Assembly (NCBI GenBank): GCA_024679065.1
Contig: JAGIQG010000025.1
Location: 26,536,001 to 26,600,000, forward strand
Reading direction: 5' to 3'
Source of the DNA: Sphyrna mokarran
Taxonomy: Eukaryota
DNA length: 64,000 nt
Shown here: positions 37,087 to 49,521 of the stretch, piece by piece
Layout of the letters: every line of letters starts with the position of its first letter
Position numbering within the stretch: position 1 is the stretch's first letter
Program-made: the position numbers and the translations under genes
The notes under the pieces: generated by a model
What the model was told of the DNA's origin: nothing
Seen by the model: only the letters and a program-made list of their open reading frames with translations
Database searches by the model: none

Positions 37087-37205
37087 TGTCAGGAGTGGGA
37101 TTTGAACCCATGCCTCTAGAAAGGAACCAGAATTCATCAGGCTTACAGAAGGCAAGGAATTACATTCCTTGAATCTGGTGTTTCAGACCACTCAGTCTTC
37201 CTGAT
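37087..37205 (-). pseudogene. Intron-containing tRNA-Leu(CAA) pseudogene
   Basis: Minus ATCAGGAAGACTGAGTGGTCTGAAACACCAGATTCAAG-[35 nt, 37167-37133]-TTCTGGTTCCTTTCTAGAGGCATGGGTTCAAATCCCACTCCTGACA aligns with vertebrate Leu-CAA (GTCAGGATGGCCGAGTGGTCTAAGGCGCCAGACTCAAG-intron-TTCTGG...GGTTCGAATCCCACTTCTGACA). Anticodon 37169-37171. CpG decay and a damaged D-arm suggest it is non-functional. Confidence 0.85.
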
Positions 37206-37247
37206 AACTTTATCTATTTGAATGTGATTAGAAAAATCATATCTTAT

Positions 37248-37545
37248 AAAGTTAAAGTTTATTAGTCACAAGTAGGCTTACATTAACACTGCATTGAAAT
37301 TACTGTGTAAATCCCCTCGTCACCGCACTCTGATATCTGTTTGGGTACACTAAGGGAGAATTTAGCACGGCCAATGCATCTAATCAGCGCGGCTTTCGGA
37401 CTGTGGGAGGAAACCACAGCACCTGAAGGGAGCCCATGAAGACACAGGGAGCACATGCAGAATCTGCAGAGAGTGACTCACGCCAAGAATTGAACCCAGA
37501 TCCTTGATGCTGCGAGGCAGCAGTGCTAACCACTGTGTCACCATA
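37248..37545 (-). mobile_element. V-SINE, tail type 2
   Basis: Full reverse copy. Confidence 0.88.
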
Positions 37546-38107
37546 TCTTCAGAACCCTAAGGTCAAGAGATACTCAATTGAGCAGCAGATCTTTGAATAG
37601 TCCTTTTCTCTTTCATCCACTCAGTAACATTTCATATCTGCCTTCATTTTCTTCTTGTTCACATGTCCTTGTGAAAAATTTCTTCATTAAAACCTCCAAT
37701 GTTAGACGCAGCAACAATAAACCAAATAGTTCTTTGTATTCTGCAGTATATGTGTCTTTTGATTTGACTGTTACTTATTTATTCTGCATGTGGGAGCCAT
37801 TTAATGCCTCATAAACTTGGGGATTTCTAAGTTTATTGTTTAATTAAGTAGCTGTTGTGCACAGAATGACTGCCCTGGCTGTTATTAGGAATGTGATAGT
37901 CTCTGATTGTCAAGAAACTTGAGATCCCTACATTTATTCCTCTTGCACTACGTGTTTGATGTCTTTGTATTATGGGAGCAGTGTGGTCAAAGCCATTAAA
38001 TTTTGGCCATTTTCTTTCAAGTGTTTGCAGGAACAATCTGTTAATATTTTTCATAGGATGGTTATGTATAAATATGAATTTTAATTGTTCTTTTGAAGTT
38101 TTCTTAG

Positions 38108-38800
38108 GGTCACAAGTAGGCTTACATTAACGCTGCAATGAAGTTATTGTGAGAATCCTTTAGTCATCGCACTCTGGCACCTGTTTGGGTACACCGAGGG
38201 AGAATTTAGTATGGCTAATGCACCTAACCACTGCGTCTTTCGGACTGTGGGAGGAAACCAGAGCACCTGGAGAAAACTCACGCAGACCACGGGGAGAATG
38301 TGCACACTCTGCACAGACAGCGACCGAAGCCAGGAATCGAAACTGGGTCTCTGGCACAGTGAGGCAGCAGTGCTAATCACCGTGCCATCATGCCATCCAG
38401 CCATGACTTCATTACAATTATTTCCAGACCTTCCAATTTGGGCTCAGTTCTCTAAGCAACTATTGCAGCTTATAAGGTGTTCACATCATAGAATAGATGG
38501 TGCAGAAAGAGGCCATTTGGCACATCAAATCTGCACCGAATCTCTGAAAAAACATCCCCCCCAGCCCTCTCCTCTTAACCCCTCGTGGTTATTCTGCTAA
38601 TCCCCCTACACATCTTGGGACACTAAGGGGCACATTAGCAAGGTCGAATTGACCTGCATATCTTCAGACTGCTTGAGGAAATGGAGCACCCAGAGGAAAC
38701 CCATGCAGATACTGGGAGAGCATGCTAACTCCACACAGATGGTCAGAGAACCTGGATCTCTGGCGCTGTGAGTTACCAGTGCTAACCACAATGTCACTGA
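38108..38800 (-). mobile_element. Two V-SINEs: type 2 at 38108-38400 and type 1 at 38486-38800
   Basis: Reverse heads, cores and their respective tails. Confidence 0.85.
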
Positions 38801-39341
38801 AAATGTGATTCACATTATTAGTGGAATAGGTATAAATTTCAGTAATGTTGTGCTAACTATAGCATTTCTCTCCTTCAGGAGATAACTGGGTGCTAACATG
38901 GATTTAAGGAGCGAACATATTAGAATACTGGGGGGTATGCACAAATACCTTGTTGTATTAACCATAGCACCAATGTTACTCTAGTAGAGTTGAGGTTAAG
39001 GCTATATTTGAAGATAATTTGTATCCCTTCAATATTCTTTTGTTTCAACTGCTAAAATATCAATGAAGTTATGAATAGTATTGTAACGTCATCACCAGTC
39101 ACATCATTGCATTTACCTGTTTTACAAATCTTTCAACTCTTCATCAACTTCATCTACATGGCTGAGGTCATGTAGATCATTGTCATTGCCGCTTGTGATG
39201 GATGGGTAAATTGACTTGCACTGTAGTAATTCATTCATTCATTTATTTGTGAAACAGCGAAATAATGCAAAGTGTCAAATTGCAAGTGCTTGCGTCAGAC
39301 ATCAGTGCAATTTAATGAGACCACAAAATCACATCTTTTCA

Positions 39342-42015
39342 AAATTCATTTACTGATGTGGCCAGCTGGCTAGTCCAGCATTTATTGCCCATTCCTAGTT
39401 TACCTTGGGAAGGTGGCGTTGAGCTATCTTAGAGGTTTACAGCATGGAAACAGGCCCTTCGGCCCAACTTGTCCATGCCACCCTTTTTATTTAAACCCCT
39501 AAGCTAGTCCATATTTGGCCCACATCCCTCTATTCCCATCGCACCCATGTAACTATTTAAATGCTTTTTAGAAGATAAAATTGTACCCGCCTCTACTTCT
39601 ACCTTTGGGAGCTTGTTCCAGACACTCATCACCCTCCATGTGGAAAATTGTCCCTCTGATCCTTTTGTATCTCTCCCCTCTCACCTTAAACATATACCCT
39701 CTAATTTTAGACTCCCCTACCTTTGGGAAAAGATATTGACTATTTTGTTGATCTGTATCCTTCATTATTTTATAGACCTCTGTAAGGTCACCCCTCAGCC
39801 TCCTACGCTTCAGAGTAAAAGGTCCCAGTCTATCCAGCCTCTCCTTATAACTCAAACCATCAAGTCCCAGTAGCATCCTAGTAAATCCCTTCTGCACTCT
39901 TTCTAGTTTAATAATATCCTTCCTATAATAGGGTGACCAGAACTGTACACAGTATTCCAAGCGTGGCTTTACCAATGTTTTGTACAACTTCAACAAGACA
40001 TTCCAACTCTTACATAGAACATAGAACAGTATAGCGCAGGACAGGCACTTCGCCTCAGTGTTGTGCTGAGCTATGTCCAAATCCAAGATCAAGCTATCCT
40101 ACTCCCTATCATTCTGGTGTGCTCCATGTGTCTATCCAATTAAATTGTATTCTTGTATTCAATGTTCTGACCGATGAAACCAAGCACGTCGAATGTCCTC
40201 ACCACCAGCCTGTCCACGTGTGACTCCACCCCCAAGGAGCCACAAACATGCACTCCTAGATCTTCCCGCTCTGCAACTCTCCCCAATGTCCCACCATCAA
40301 CTGAGTAAGTCCTGCCCTTGAATCAGTGCAGTCCCTGAAGTGTAAATACACAGTGCTGTAAGGAAAGGAGTTGTAGGATTTTAACCCAGCAACTATGAAG
40401 GGACGCTGATATATTTCCAAGTCATTATGGCGAGTGACTTGGCAGGAAGCCTCTAGCTGGTGGTGTTCCTAGTTATCTGCTTTTGTCCTTCTAGATGGTA
40501 GTTGTTGTGGATTTAAAAAGTGCTCTCTCAGGAAACTTGGCGAGTTGCTTCAGTGCATCTTGTAGGTCACACACACAGCTGCCACTATTTGTTGGAAGTG
40601 GAGGGATTGAATGTTTCTGGAAAGATAGCAATAAAGCAGACTGCTTTGTCCTGGATGGTGTCGAGCTTCTTGAGTATTGTTAAAATTGTACTTGTCCAGC
40701 TAAGTGCTGAGTATTCCGTCACACTCTTGACTTATGCCATGTAAATGGTGGACAGGCTTTGGGGAGTCAGGGAGTTGCTCGCTGAAATTTTCCTACTGTT
40801 TGACCTGCTCTGGTAGCCACAGTATTTAAATGGCTAATCCAGTTCAGTTTCTGATTAATGGTAATGCCCAGGATGTTGATAATGGGGGATTCAGAAATGC
40901 GAATGCCATTGTCGCAATCCTGTCTTGTTGGAGATGGTCATTGTCTGGTACTTGTGTGGCATGAATGTTACTTGCTACTTGTCAGTTCAAGCCTGGATAT
41001 TGTCCAGGTCTTGCTGCATTTGGACTTGGACTACTTCAGTATCTGAGGGGTCACATTGTGTTGAAAATTATGCACTCAACATCAAACATCCCCACTTCTG
41101 ACATTATTACGGAAGATCATTGATGAAGCAGCTTAAGATGGTTTAGCTTTTGACATTCCCTAAGGAAATCCTGTTGTGATGATCTGCAACTGAGATGACT
41201 GATCTCCAATAGCTACAACCACCTTCCTTTGTGCCAGATATAACTTTAACCAGTGGAAGGTTCCCTCGCCCCCCGATTCACATTGACTCCAGTTTTGCAA
41301 GGGCTCCTTGATGCCACACTCAGCTAAATGCTGCCTTGATGTCAAGGGCAGTCACTCTCATGTCACCTGATGATCAGCTCTATTTTCTATGTTTGAACCA
41401 CCGGTATAATGAGATCAGAACTGAATGACCCTGCGAAACCCAAACTGAGTGTCCATGAGCAGGTTTTTTACTGAGTAAGTGCTACTTGATAGCACTGTTG
41501 ATGACCCGTTCCATCACTTTACTGATGTTCAAGAATAGACTGATAGGGTGGTAATTTGCTGAATTGGATTTGTCCTGTTACTAGTGTACAGGAGCGACCT
41601 GGACAATTTTCCACATTGCTTGGTAGATGCCAATGTTTAGGCTATACTGTAAAGGCTTGACTAGGGGCACAGAAAATTCTGGAGTATAAGTCTTCGGTAC
41701 TATTGCCAAGGAATATTGTCAAGGCCTTTGCAGTATCCAGTGCTTTTAGCCATTTCCTGATACAGTAAGAAGTGAATCGAATTGACTGAAGCCTAACATC
41801 TGTGATGTTGTGGACCTCTGAAGGAGACTGAGATGGGTCATCCACTCTGTATTCTGGCTGAAGATTATTGTGAATGCTTCAGCCTTATCTTTTGCATAGA
41901 TATGCTGGGCTTCCCCATCATTGACAGTGGGGAGACTCCTCTTCCAATGAGTTGCTTAATTATTCACCACCATTCGTGACTGGATATGGCAGCACTGCAA
42001 AGCTTAGATCTGATC
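39342..42015 (-). mobile_element. Old CR1/L2-group LINE (tail shared with SINE B), interrupted at 39431-40317
   Basis: RT-like remnants (WLKALDTAKA, VWHQG-like, RKVVVAIGDQSS). Its 3' end joins across the insertion to match 11725-12010. Confidence 0.8.
39431..40317 (-). mobile_element. CR1/HER1 3' fragment containing a further short CR1-tail insertion (40012-40150)
   Basis: LVKPRLEYCVQFWSP...LRGDLTEVYKIMK; tail GGGCCGAAGGGCCTGTTTCCATGCTGTA. Confidence 0.9.
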
Positions 42016-42334
42016 CCAAATCATTCAACCAGATTAGTTAGATATACCACTCTTCACACATTCATACTGACTCTCTTAGATATGGTTACACTTGTCACAT
42101 GCCCTTATGAGAGATTCCAGTTATCTGATGGTCTTTTCTTTGTTGTGCAACTTTCTAATCAATAAGCTTAATTCCTGTGCAGAGCTTTAGTAAAGTATCA
42201 TCAATGTGCTTAGAATTTTCTCTGCAGCAGGTATTATCACAAGTTTACACAAGCATCCTCCGTTCTAAATTTGAATAAAAGAATTAACAATGACCAAAGT
42301 TGGCAGGTATAAAAAAGCCCTTATATTTTATAAC

Positions 42335-42600
42335 TCAATAAATTAAAAGTCTACTGATGACCATGAAACCATTGTTCATTGTTGTAAAAACCCATTTGGT
42401 TCACTAATATCCTTTAGGGAAGGAAATTTGCCGTCCTTACCTGGTCTGGCCTACATGTGACTCCAGACTTATAACAATCTGGTTGACACTTAACTACCCT
42501 CTGACATGACCCAGCAACCCCTCAGTTCAAAGTTAGTTTGTAATGAGCAATAAATGCTGACTCTGCCAGCGATGCCCATGTCCCCTGAACACACATTTAA
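42335..42600 (+). mobile_element. SINE family B, headless
   Basis: GGTTCACTAATATCCTTTAGGGAAGGAAATTTGCCGTCCTTACCTGGTCTGGCCTACATGTGACTCCAGA plus tail. Confidence 0.8.
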
Positions 42601-42994
42601 AGAAGCCCCTGTGATAACACCTATGAGGTCCATGGGCAATCACTGATAGATCTTTCTGTGGAGTTTGTTAAGGCTGAGTTCCCCTGGTAACAGGCAGGTA
42701 ATGACCCACCCGGCTGGAATTCATTACTTAAACCTTTTACAAAAGAGGCCCAGGACTGGGCCTGCTGAAAAGTGGTCCCATCCTTTTAATCACATTTTAG
42801 CTTGATGCTTTAAGTTTCCTTTACATTTTGTTATATTTTTGGGCAGTTCCTCCCCACCCCCATGCCCCACCTTCAAGGGGCTACCCCTTTTAATTTGTCC
42901 CTTAGTCTGTTTAAGTGTTTTGCCTAAAAGAATGACAGGGATTAGTGTATGTTCTACACGGTAGTGACTTTACTTTGCATTCTGTAATAAGCTG

Positions 42995-43849
42995 TGGACA
43001 AAATCTTACCAAAAAAACAGCAGCGTGTTGTTTCCAGCGGGAAAGATGGTATTTTTCTCTCCAGAGAAACCGGCCCATTTTCTCCCAGATTTTACGACAT
43101 GCTGCCAGGAAAAAACAAAGGGCTGTGTTTCACACTGTCATACAGGAGGGTGGGGCCTCAAGTGTTGGTGAAACACTGTCACTCAGAGATCAGAACCTGA
43201 GTAAATCTTCCCCACAGGGGCCCCCCCTTCCCACACCCGATCAAACCCAGCACTTCTCTACCCTACCCCTCCGATCATTGGCCCCTTTTCACACACCTTC
43301 CCTCCTTCTGCCCCCTCTCGTCCTCCCCCAGTCTGAGTCAGCCCTCACCATCAATGCCACTTCCCTCTCCCCTGCATCTCTGTCCATTCCCAGCTGTCAC
43401 CATGCCTAAATTAATTCCCCATTCAGCTCCCACTAGGGCCGCACTTTGGCACAGGTTGGCACTGCCAGACAGGTACGGTGCCAACCTGGCAGTACCAATC
43501 TGCACCAAGGGGTAGTGTTGGGCGTAGCATTGCCAGGACACTGCCTGGCCATATGCTCCCCCCGCCCCGCCCCGCCCCGCACAGGGAGACTCTCATGACA
43601 GGTTCATGCCTGGGTGAACCTGTTGTAAGTGGGGAGGGGGGGAGGTTGGTAGAGAGAGGATGCTCACTAATGACATGTTGATATATTAAAATGAGCTTTC
43701 TGCAGTCCTGTGGTATGTTTCACACCACTCCACCGGCGAAGAGCCAGTAACAACAGAAATCAGAAACTCCGGGTTTAAATGGCGTGCTCCGGATTTTGAG
43801 CACTCATCACCATTCCCGCAAATGGAGAGTGCAGGTTGAAAATCACTCC
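42995..43849. mobile_element. Large Harbinger-MITE-like element
   Basis: C-rich interior with TGGCA/TGCCA repeats and imperfect TIR-like ends. Similar to 51301-52370. Confidence 0.5.
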
Positions 43850-43889
43850 ACGTGTTCCTTTCTAATGTGGCTTCAGTCATTATACAGTA

Positions 43890-44110
43890 CCATTATCCTG
43901 GCCAATATCTATTCCTGAATCAACATCACAAGAAAACAACTTACTGGATCATTTCACATTGCTGTTTGTGGGAGCTTGCTGAGCTCAAACTGGCTACTAA
44001 TTTTCCCACATTACAACAGTGACAATGCTTCAAAAGAGTTCCATCATTTGTGAAATATCTTGAGATACCCTGATGTCATGAAATGTGCGATTTAGCTATA
44101 ACTCTCTTGT
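43890..44110 (+). mobile_element. DeuSINE/AmnSINE-like relic
   Basis: CACATTGCTGTTTGTGGGAGCTTGCTG...CCCACATTACAACAGTGAC...CTTCAAAAG, as recalled for the Deu-SINE 3' part. Confidence 0.6.
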
Positions 44111-44817
44111 TGAGTCCATTCATTTGTTTGAACAGACAAGGCGACAGCAACAGGGGAACGGGGTTTTAAAATGAATTTCTTTTATTGACCAGTACTTAAA
44201 GAAAATTAGATCTTGACAGAAGCAAGAAGAAAAAGCAAGAAGGAAAAGTATTTGGAGGCTGGCTTCTAAATCACCCATTTCCTGTACTGATCACATTGAA
44301 CGCACATTAAAATCCACAATATATTTCAATCCTTCCCTTGTTATTGTAAGTGTCCTTCACATGCTGTCTCTATCTAGAAAAAAAAAACAAGTCTTGCAGT
44401 TGCTGTTGTTGTCTGAATTGTGTACCCTTCAGGAATGCAGTCAATTTTCAGCTAATCTTTAGCCTTCTGAGTTTTAAAATGTAGTCAGGTCAGTGGTGTT
44501 AGTTAACCCCTGTAGTCTGGCATTTAAACGTAATTGCATAGGCAGAAATTTCTTAGAATAAAGTCTTTGCATAGACTGAATCAAACAGGGCTAAGCACAC
44601 ACAGGATCTATCACTCCCTTTCCTTGTATTTGCTGCCTCCGTGTCTCAGTTTATCTGAAGACCATGTTTAATCTCCACTCCCTAGCTTGAATTTTCCCAA
44701 GGTAGTGATAACCCCAATGATGAGAAGAAAGCCTGAGGCAACACCACTTTAACCAGTTCTGGAACCCAGCCAGATTTTTTGGGAATGAGACGTCTCGGGA
44801 GTTCAACAGCTGGGATG

Positions 44818-45155
44818 CTGGTGGGACAGCATAGTGGTTGACATTGCTGCCTTGCAGCTCCAGGAATTGGGGTTCAATTTCGGCATTGGGTTCACTGTCT
44901 ATGTGGTGTCTGCATGGGTTTCCTCCAGATATTCTAGCTTGCTTGTACAGTCCAGAGATATGCGGGTTAAGTGGATTGGCTATGCTAAATTCCCCCTTAG
45001 TATCCCAAGATATGTAGGTTTGATGGAATAGCCATGGTAATTTTATGGAGTTATGGGGAATAGGATTGGGGAGAGGCTCTGGATAAGATACTCCTTCACA
45101 GACTAGATGCCAACTTGATGGGCCAAATGACCCATTCAGCATGACGGGGATTTAA
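44818..45155 (+). mobile_element. V-SINE, tail type 1, diverged
   Basis: Head, core and tail recognisable. Confidence 0.8.
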
Positions 45156-46555
45156 TGCTGCCTCCAAGATTTGTCGGCTAATCGGAAGGACAGTAGCTGG
45201 TCAGACCCAGTAGTGCCTCTGGGATTGGTGGCTAGTGCTGGGACTGCACCCAGCTAGGAGCAACAGCATGGACAACACCCTCAGAAAAAGGTAAATGGGG
45301 TCAGTCAGCAGGTTCTGGAGAGGAAGAGGGGAGAGGTTATTGATGGGGGCACGGTGGGTGTTTCAATGGGGACAACTCTTCCTCCATAGCCAATAGAGTA
45401 CCCAATCATGGGGATCCCACACTAAGTCACCAAGGAGGTGGCCATGTTTTATTGGCAGGCATTTTATCCAGCAGAGCACCCACCACTGTTAGCAAAAGGC
45501 AAGGATGTGGGAAGAGGCCGCTTAAATGATCATTAATTGGTTGCTTAAGGACATCATTTGGCAACTGAGAAGGAGGGTATTCTTGGCTTTATCCCCAGTT
45601 GAGAAGGGAAAGGTGATGGACATTCCAGTCCCTTAACCTCCCTCACCATTTCAATCCCTCATACTTCTCAAGAGAACCCCCTCCAATTCTGGCAATACTA
45701 GAGGCCACAAAAATAAACAAATAGATTCTTTATATTTTAATATTTATTCATATGTAAAACTGGAAAATCCTGGACAACATATTCTTACAATATAAATTTT
45801 ATCTAACATAGTGATTAGAACACATTTAATGAACATTCATGGCTGTGATCTAAGCTTGATATTGGTGTTATTGTTCTTGGAATTTACAATATTGTCTGAA
45901 ACCTTAACTTTTACATTTTTTTGAATATATGCAAGTTCCCATTATGGCAGTTATGCTTGTTTTCGATCTCCAGAATGTGTCTTTGAGATTATTTAATCTG
46001 TTGCGTATCAAACCATTGTGAGCGTTCCAGCTTTAAGCTTGGGTTGAATGGCTTTAGGCTGGCACTTGGAGCAGCAGGAGTAAGATAACATGGATTTTCT
46101 TCCCCATCACATTATCACAGTCTCATGACTAAGCTTGTCACAGTGCCTCACACTGTTATTGTTCAAACTGCTCATGGGTGAAAAATCTTAATTTCGATCC
46201 ACGTGATGTGCACCACTAAACTACTGAACTTTCCTCTAACATATTGCCGGAATGGTTAGCACCGCCACACAATTCTCACTGCAGAGTTCCCATAAACAAT
46301 GAATCCTCACTGCTGCCAGCCCACCATTTCCTCGCCCCTCCCTTCCCTGCCTCCTCTACTACCCCCCAACCCCCCCACCCTCCCGTATTTGCAAGCTACA
46401 TCACTTCAACAGACCTGACAAAAGAGAATTTGCAAAAGCGTAGGGTTAGTTTTGACTTTGGGTGAGAGTGTAAAATAGTCTATAGTGGTACACTGCATTG
46501 ATAACCTCTATTTAACATGGGTTGGCAATGAAACTTAATGCAAGTATAACACGTC

Positions 46556-47185
46556 ACTAGTGGTTAGCACTGCTGCCTCACAATGCCAGGGACCCAGGTT
46601 CAATTCCCAGCTTGGGTCACTGTCATAAGTTCATAAGATATAGAAGAAGAATTAGGCCATTTGGCCCATCTAGTCTGCTCCCCCATTTGATCATGGTTGA
46701 TATTGGTTGATATTTTCCTATCTTTTCCCCATAAACCTTCATCCCATTACCAATTAAAAATATGTCTAACTCCTCCTCAAATTTATTCATTATCCCAGCA
46801 TCCACCACAATTTGGGGCAGCAAATTCTGTGTGGGGTCTGCACGCTCCCTCCCATGTCTGCATGGGTTTCTTCAGGGTGCTCCAGTTTGTGGCATGGTGG
46901 CACAGTGGTTAGCACTGCTGCCTCACAGCGCCATGGACCCAGGTTCAATTCCTGGCTTGCATCATTGTCTGCGTGGAATCTGCACATTCTCCCCGTGTCT
47001 GCATGGTTTCCTCTGAGTGATCTGAGTTCCTCCCACAGTCCGAAAGACTGGTTAGGCGCATTGACCATGCTAAATTCTCTCTCTCTGCATCTGAAGAAGT
47101 GCCGGAGTGTGGCGACTAGGGGATTTTCATAGTAACTTCATTGCAGAGTTAATGTAAGCCTACTTGTGACACTAACAAAAAAAAC
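46556..47185 (+). mobile_element. Nested cluster: V-SINE split by a minus CR1 tail (46624-46826), followed by a full type 2 V-SINE (46889-47185)
   Basis: GGGTCACTGT|insert|CTGTGTGGGGTCTGCAC restores the SINE. Second head starts at about 46889. Confidence 0.85.
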
Positions 47186-48949
47186 TCAAAGAACATGAGA
47201 AAAGATATGTGTGCAAAAGCATGGGATTAATCTTGACTTTGAGTGAGAGTGTAAAAGAATCTATAATGATCCGCTGCATTGATATCATCTGTTTAGCATT
47301 ATTGGCCAAATGAGTTTACAATTAAATTAAGTGCAAGTGTCCAATTATCAAAATGGAAGGCTTTTGCTAACAGGACAGTCAGCTTCACCTTGACTAACCT
47401 TGAACAGCAGCATCACGACATATTCTAATCTTTTCATTTGCCAACCATTGTATATTTTATATAGACTCTGGAAAACTCCAATATTTCAAGAGATGAATAA
47501 AACCCTATGTTTTGAAAAAGTCAATGATCCCCGAAACCTTGTTCTACTATTTGAGTTCCCAGAAGAATTGAGTCATAACAACTTGTTCTTGGCGTTTATA
47601 AGCAAACTTACCCTGCACATTTCAAAGATCTCTTTCATGCTTCTTAAGATTCTTATAGGCAAGTATAATACACATGATTGGTTCCTTCAAGGTCCATGTT
47701 GCTTAAGAACAAAGAAAACTACAGCACAGGAATGGGCCCTTCAGCCCTCCAAGTCTGCACTGACCATGCTGCCCGACAGAACTAAAACCCCTTACCCTTC
47801 TGGGGACCATATTCCTCTATTTCCATCCTATTCATGTATTTGTCAAGATGCCCCTTAAAAGCTTAACCAGTGAGCTTTTCTGTTTATTGCACAGTCATTC
47901 TGCCTGGATGGATCATTAATTTTGCACTACACCATTCCTGTCTCAGTCATTTAAAATTGTCGCCTGAATATTTTGCAGAGTCCACCAGCTGAAAGATTGG
48001 GAAGCCATTTATAGTCCTCAGACAGAGAATTGAAGTCGTGATCCCATTGTGGGAAGATGTCTCTTCATCAGGAGCTGCTGATTATTAGATAGCTTTCCAG
48101 GCTCAGCAACTTTCCATTGTCTGTGTGGGTTAGGGGAGAAGCACAGGATGCCAAACTCTTGCATCTGATACTCCCTGCACTTCACCCACCAGGCCTGTAG
48201 CCAGTTTGCTGGGATTCACCAAGCAGCCTTGCCCCATGGAGTTGGAACCACCACTCTGCTACTGATTAAGTTGGTCACCAGAGGACATCAGTTAGCCCAA
48301 GGAAAGGCAGGCAGGCTGGCCAGTGCTTTATCCCTGCACCTAGTAGAATTGCTGATCAGCTGTGATGTCAGTATTGTGCTGTGCAAATATTGGGAAGTCA
48401 CATCGTAACTTTGCAAAATAGAATTCTGCTGTGAAGATTGAGCAGCCCCCCTTACAGTTGCACTTGAAGGTACCACCCTTTACAGTTGGTACCCTTCCTA
48501 CCCCCATATCATCTGCTACCTCACTCCCAGCAGAATATAACATTCTAGTCATAGAGTCATTATGAATCAGAAAGAGACCATTCCAAACATGCCAGCTCTC
48601 CATGGAACTATTCAGTGAGTCCCATTCCCTGTTTATGCCCATAGCTCCTGCACATTTACTTCCTTCAAATGGCCATCCAATTTCCTTTTGAAGCAATGGA
48701 TGATCTCTGCTGCCATCACCCTCTTAAGTGGCGAGTTCCATTTCACTACCTTTTGCTGTGTAATAAATAATCCTCATGTTCCCCCTGCATCTCCTGCTCA
48801 AACTCTTAATCTGTGATTTTGTTAACCAGTCATTGTCACATACATAACCCACTTGGTCAATTTGCTAACAATGCATTGTACTCTCCCTAACCAGCCTTAG
48901 CTATTTTACTGATTGACTGTTATACCATTCCACTGTTGCCAGTCACATT

Positions 48950-49107
48950 GTAAAAAGTCTTACAACACCAGGTTAAAGCTCAACAGGTTTATTTGGTAGT
49001 AAGCGCCACTAGCTTTCAGGGTTTGCCCCTTCATCAGATAACCTGGTGTTGTGAGCATTGTAACTGTGTTTACCCCAGTCCAATGCCAGCATCTTCACAT
49101 CATGGCT
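48950..49107 (-). mobile_element. Penelope-derived mini-element with minimal hammerhead core and 9-bp TSD
   Basis: AGTCACATT at 48941-48949 and 49108-49116. Minus strand reads TAT-CTGATGA-AGGG-GCAAA-CCCT-GAA-AGCT-A-GTG (49040-49007). Confidence 0.7.
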
Positions 49108-49521
49108 AGTCACATTCCCAGTCAATCTGAGAGTTATTTACAATATAACCCCCAGCTTTGCTCCATTGCTTCACTAACTGCCTGTTGTCAATTGGTTTAT
49201 TGTTCCACTAACCCTACTTTACATGAACCCTCTGACCAGAATTCTCTGACCTTGCCCACTGGGACTTTCCAGTCCCGCTGCAGCAAATGTAGATTTGGCT
49301 GAGCAGCAGTGGGATGCGTGAGACCCACACAATTCCAGCCTCCGTTTGTTTTGGCCTGTCCACGAGATTGACAAATTGACCTCCATTGATGGCGGTGTGA
49401 AATGAAATGATAGAGCATCCATTATAATATCCAAAAAAATTGGTAGATGGCGAAGGGGATCAGGCAGGAGACTTGCATGCAATTATTTTCTAATATTGAT
49501 TTTATGAACTTTATTTGACAC

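Noticed and set aside
48100-48540. Possible additional Harbinger fragment (LTVAL/KV-like)
   Set aside because: Only one short motif, too weak to call.
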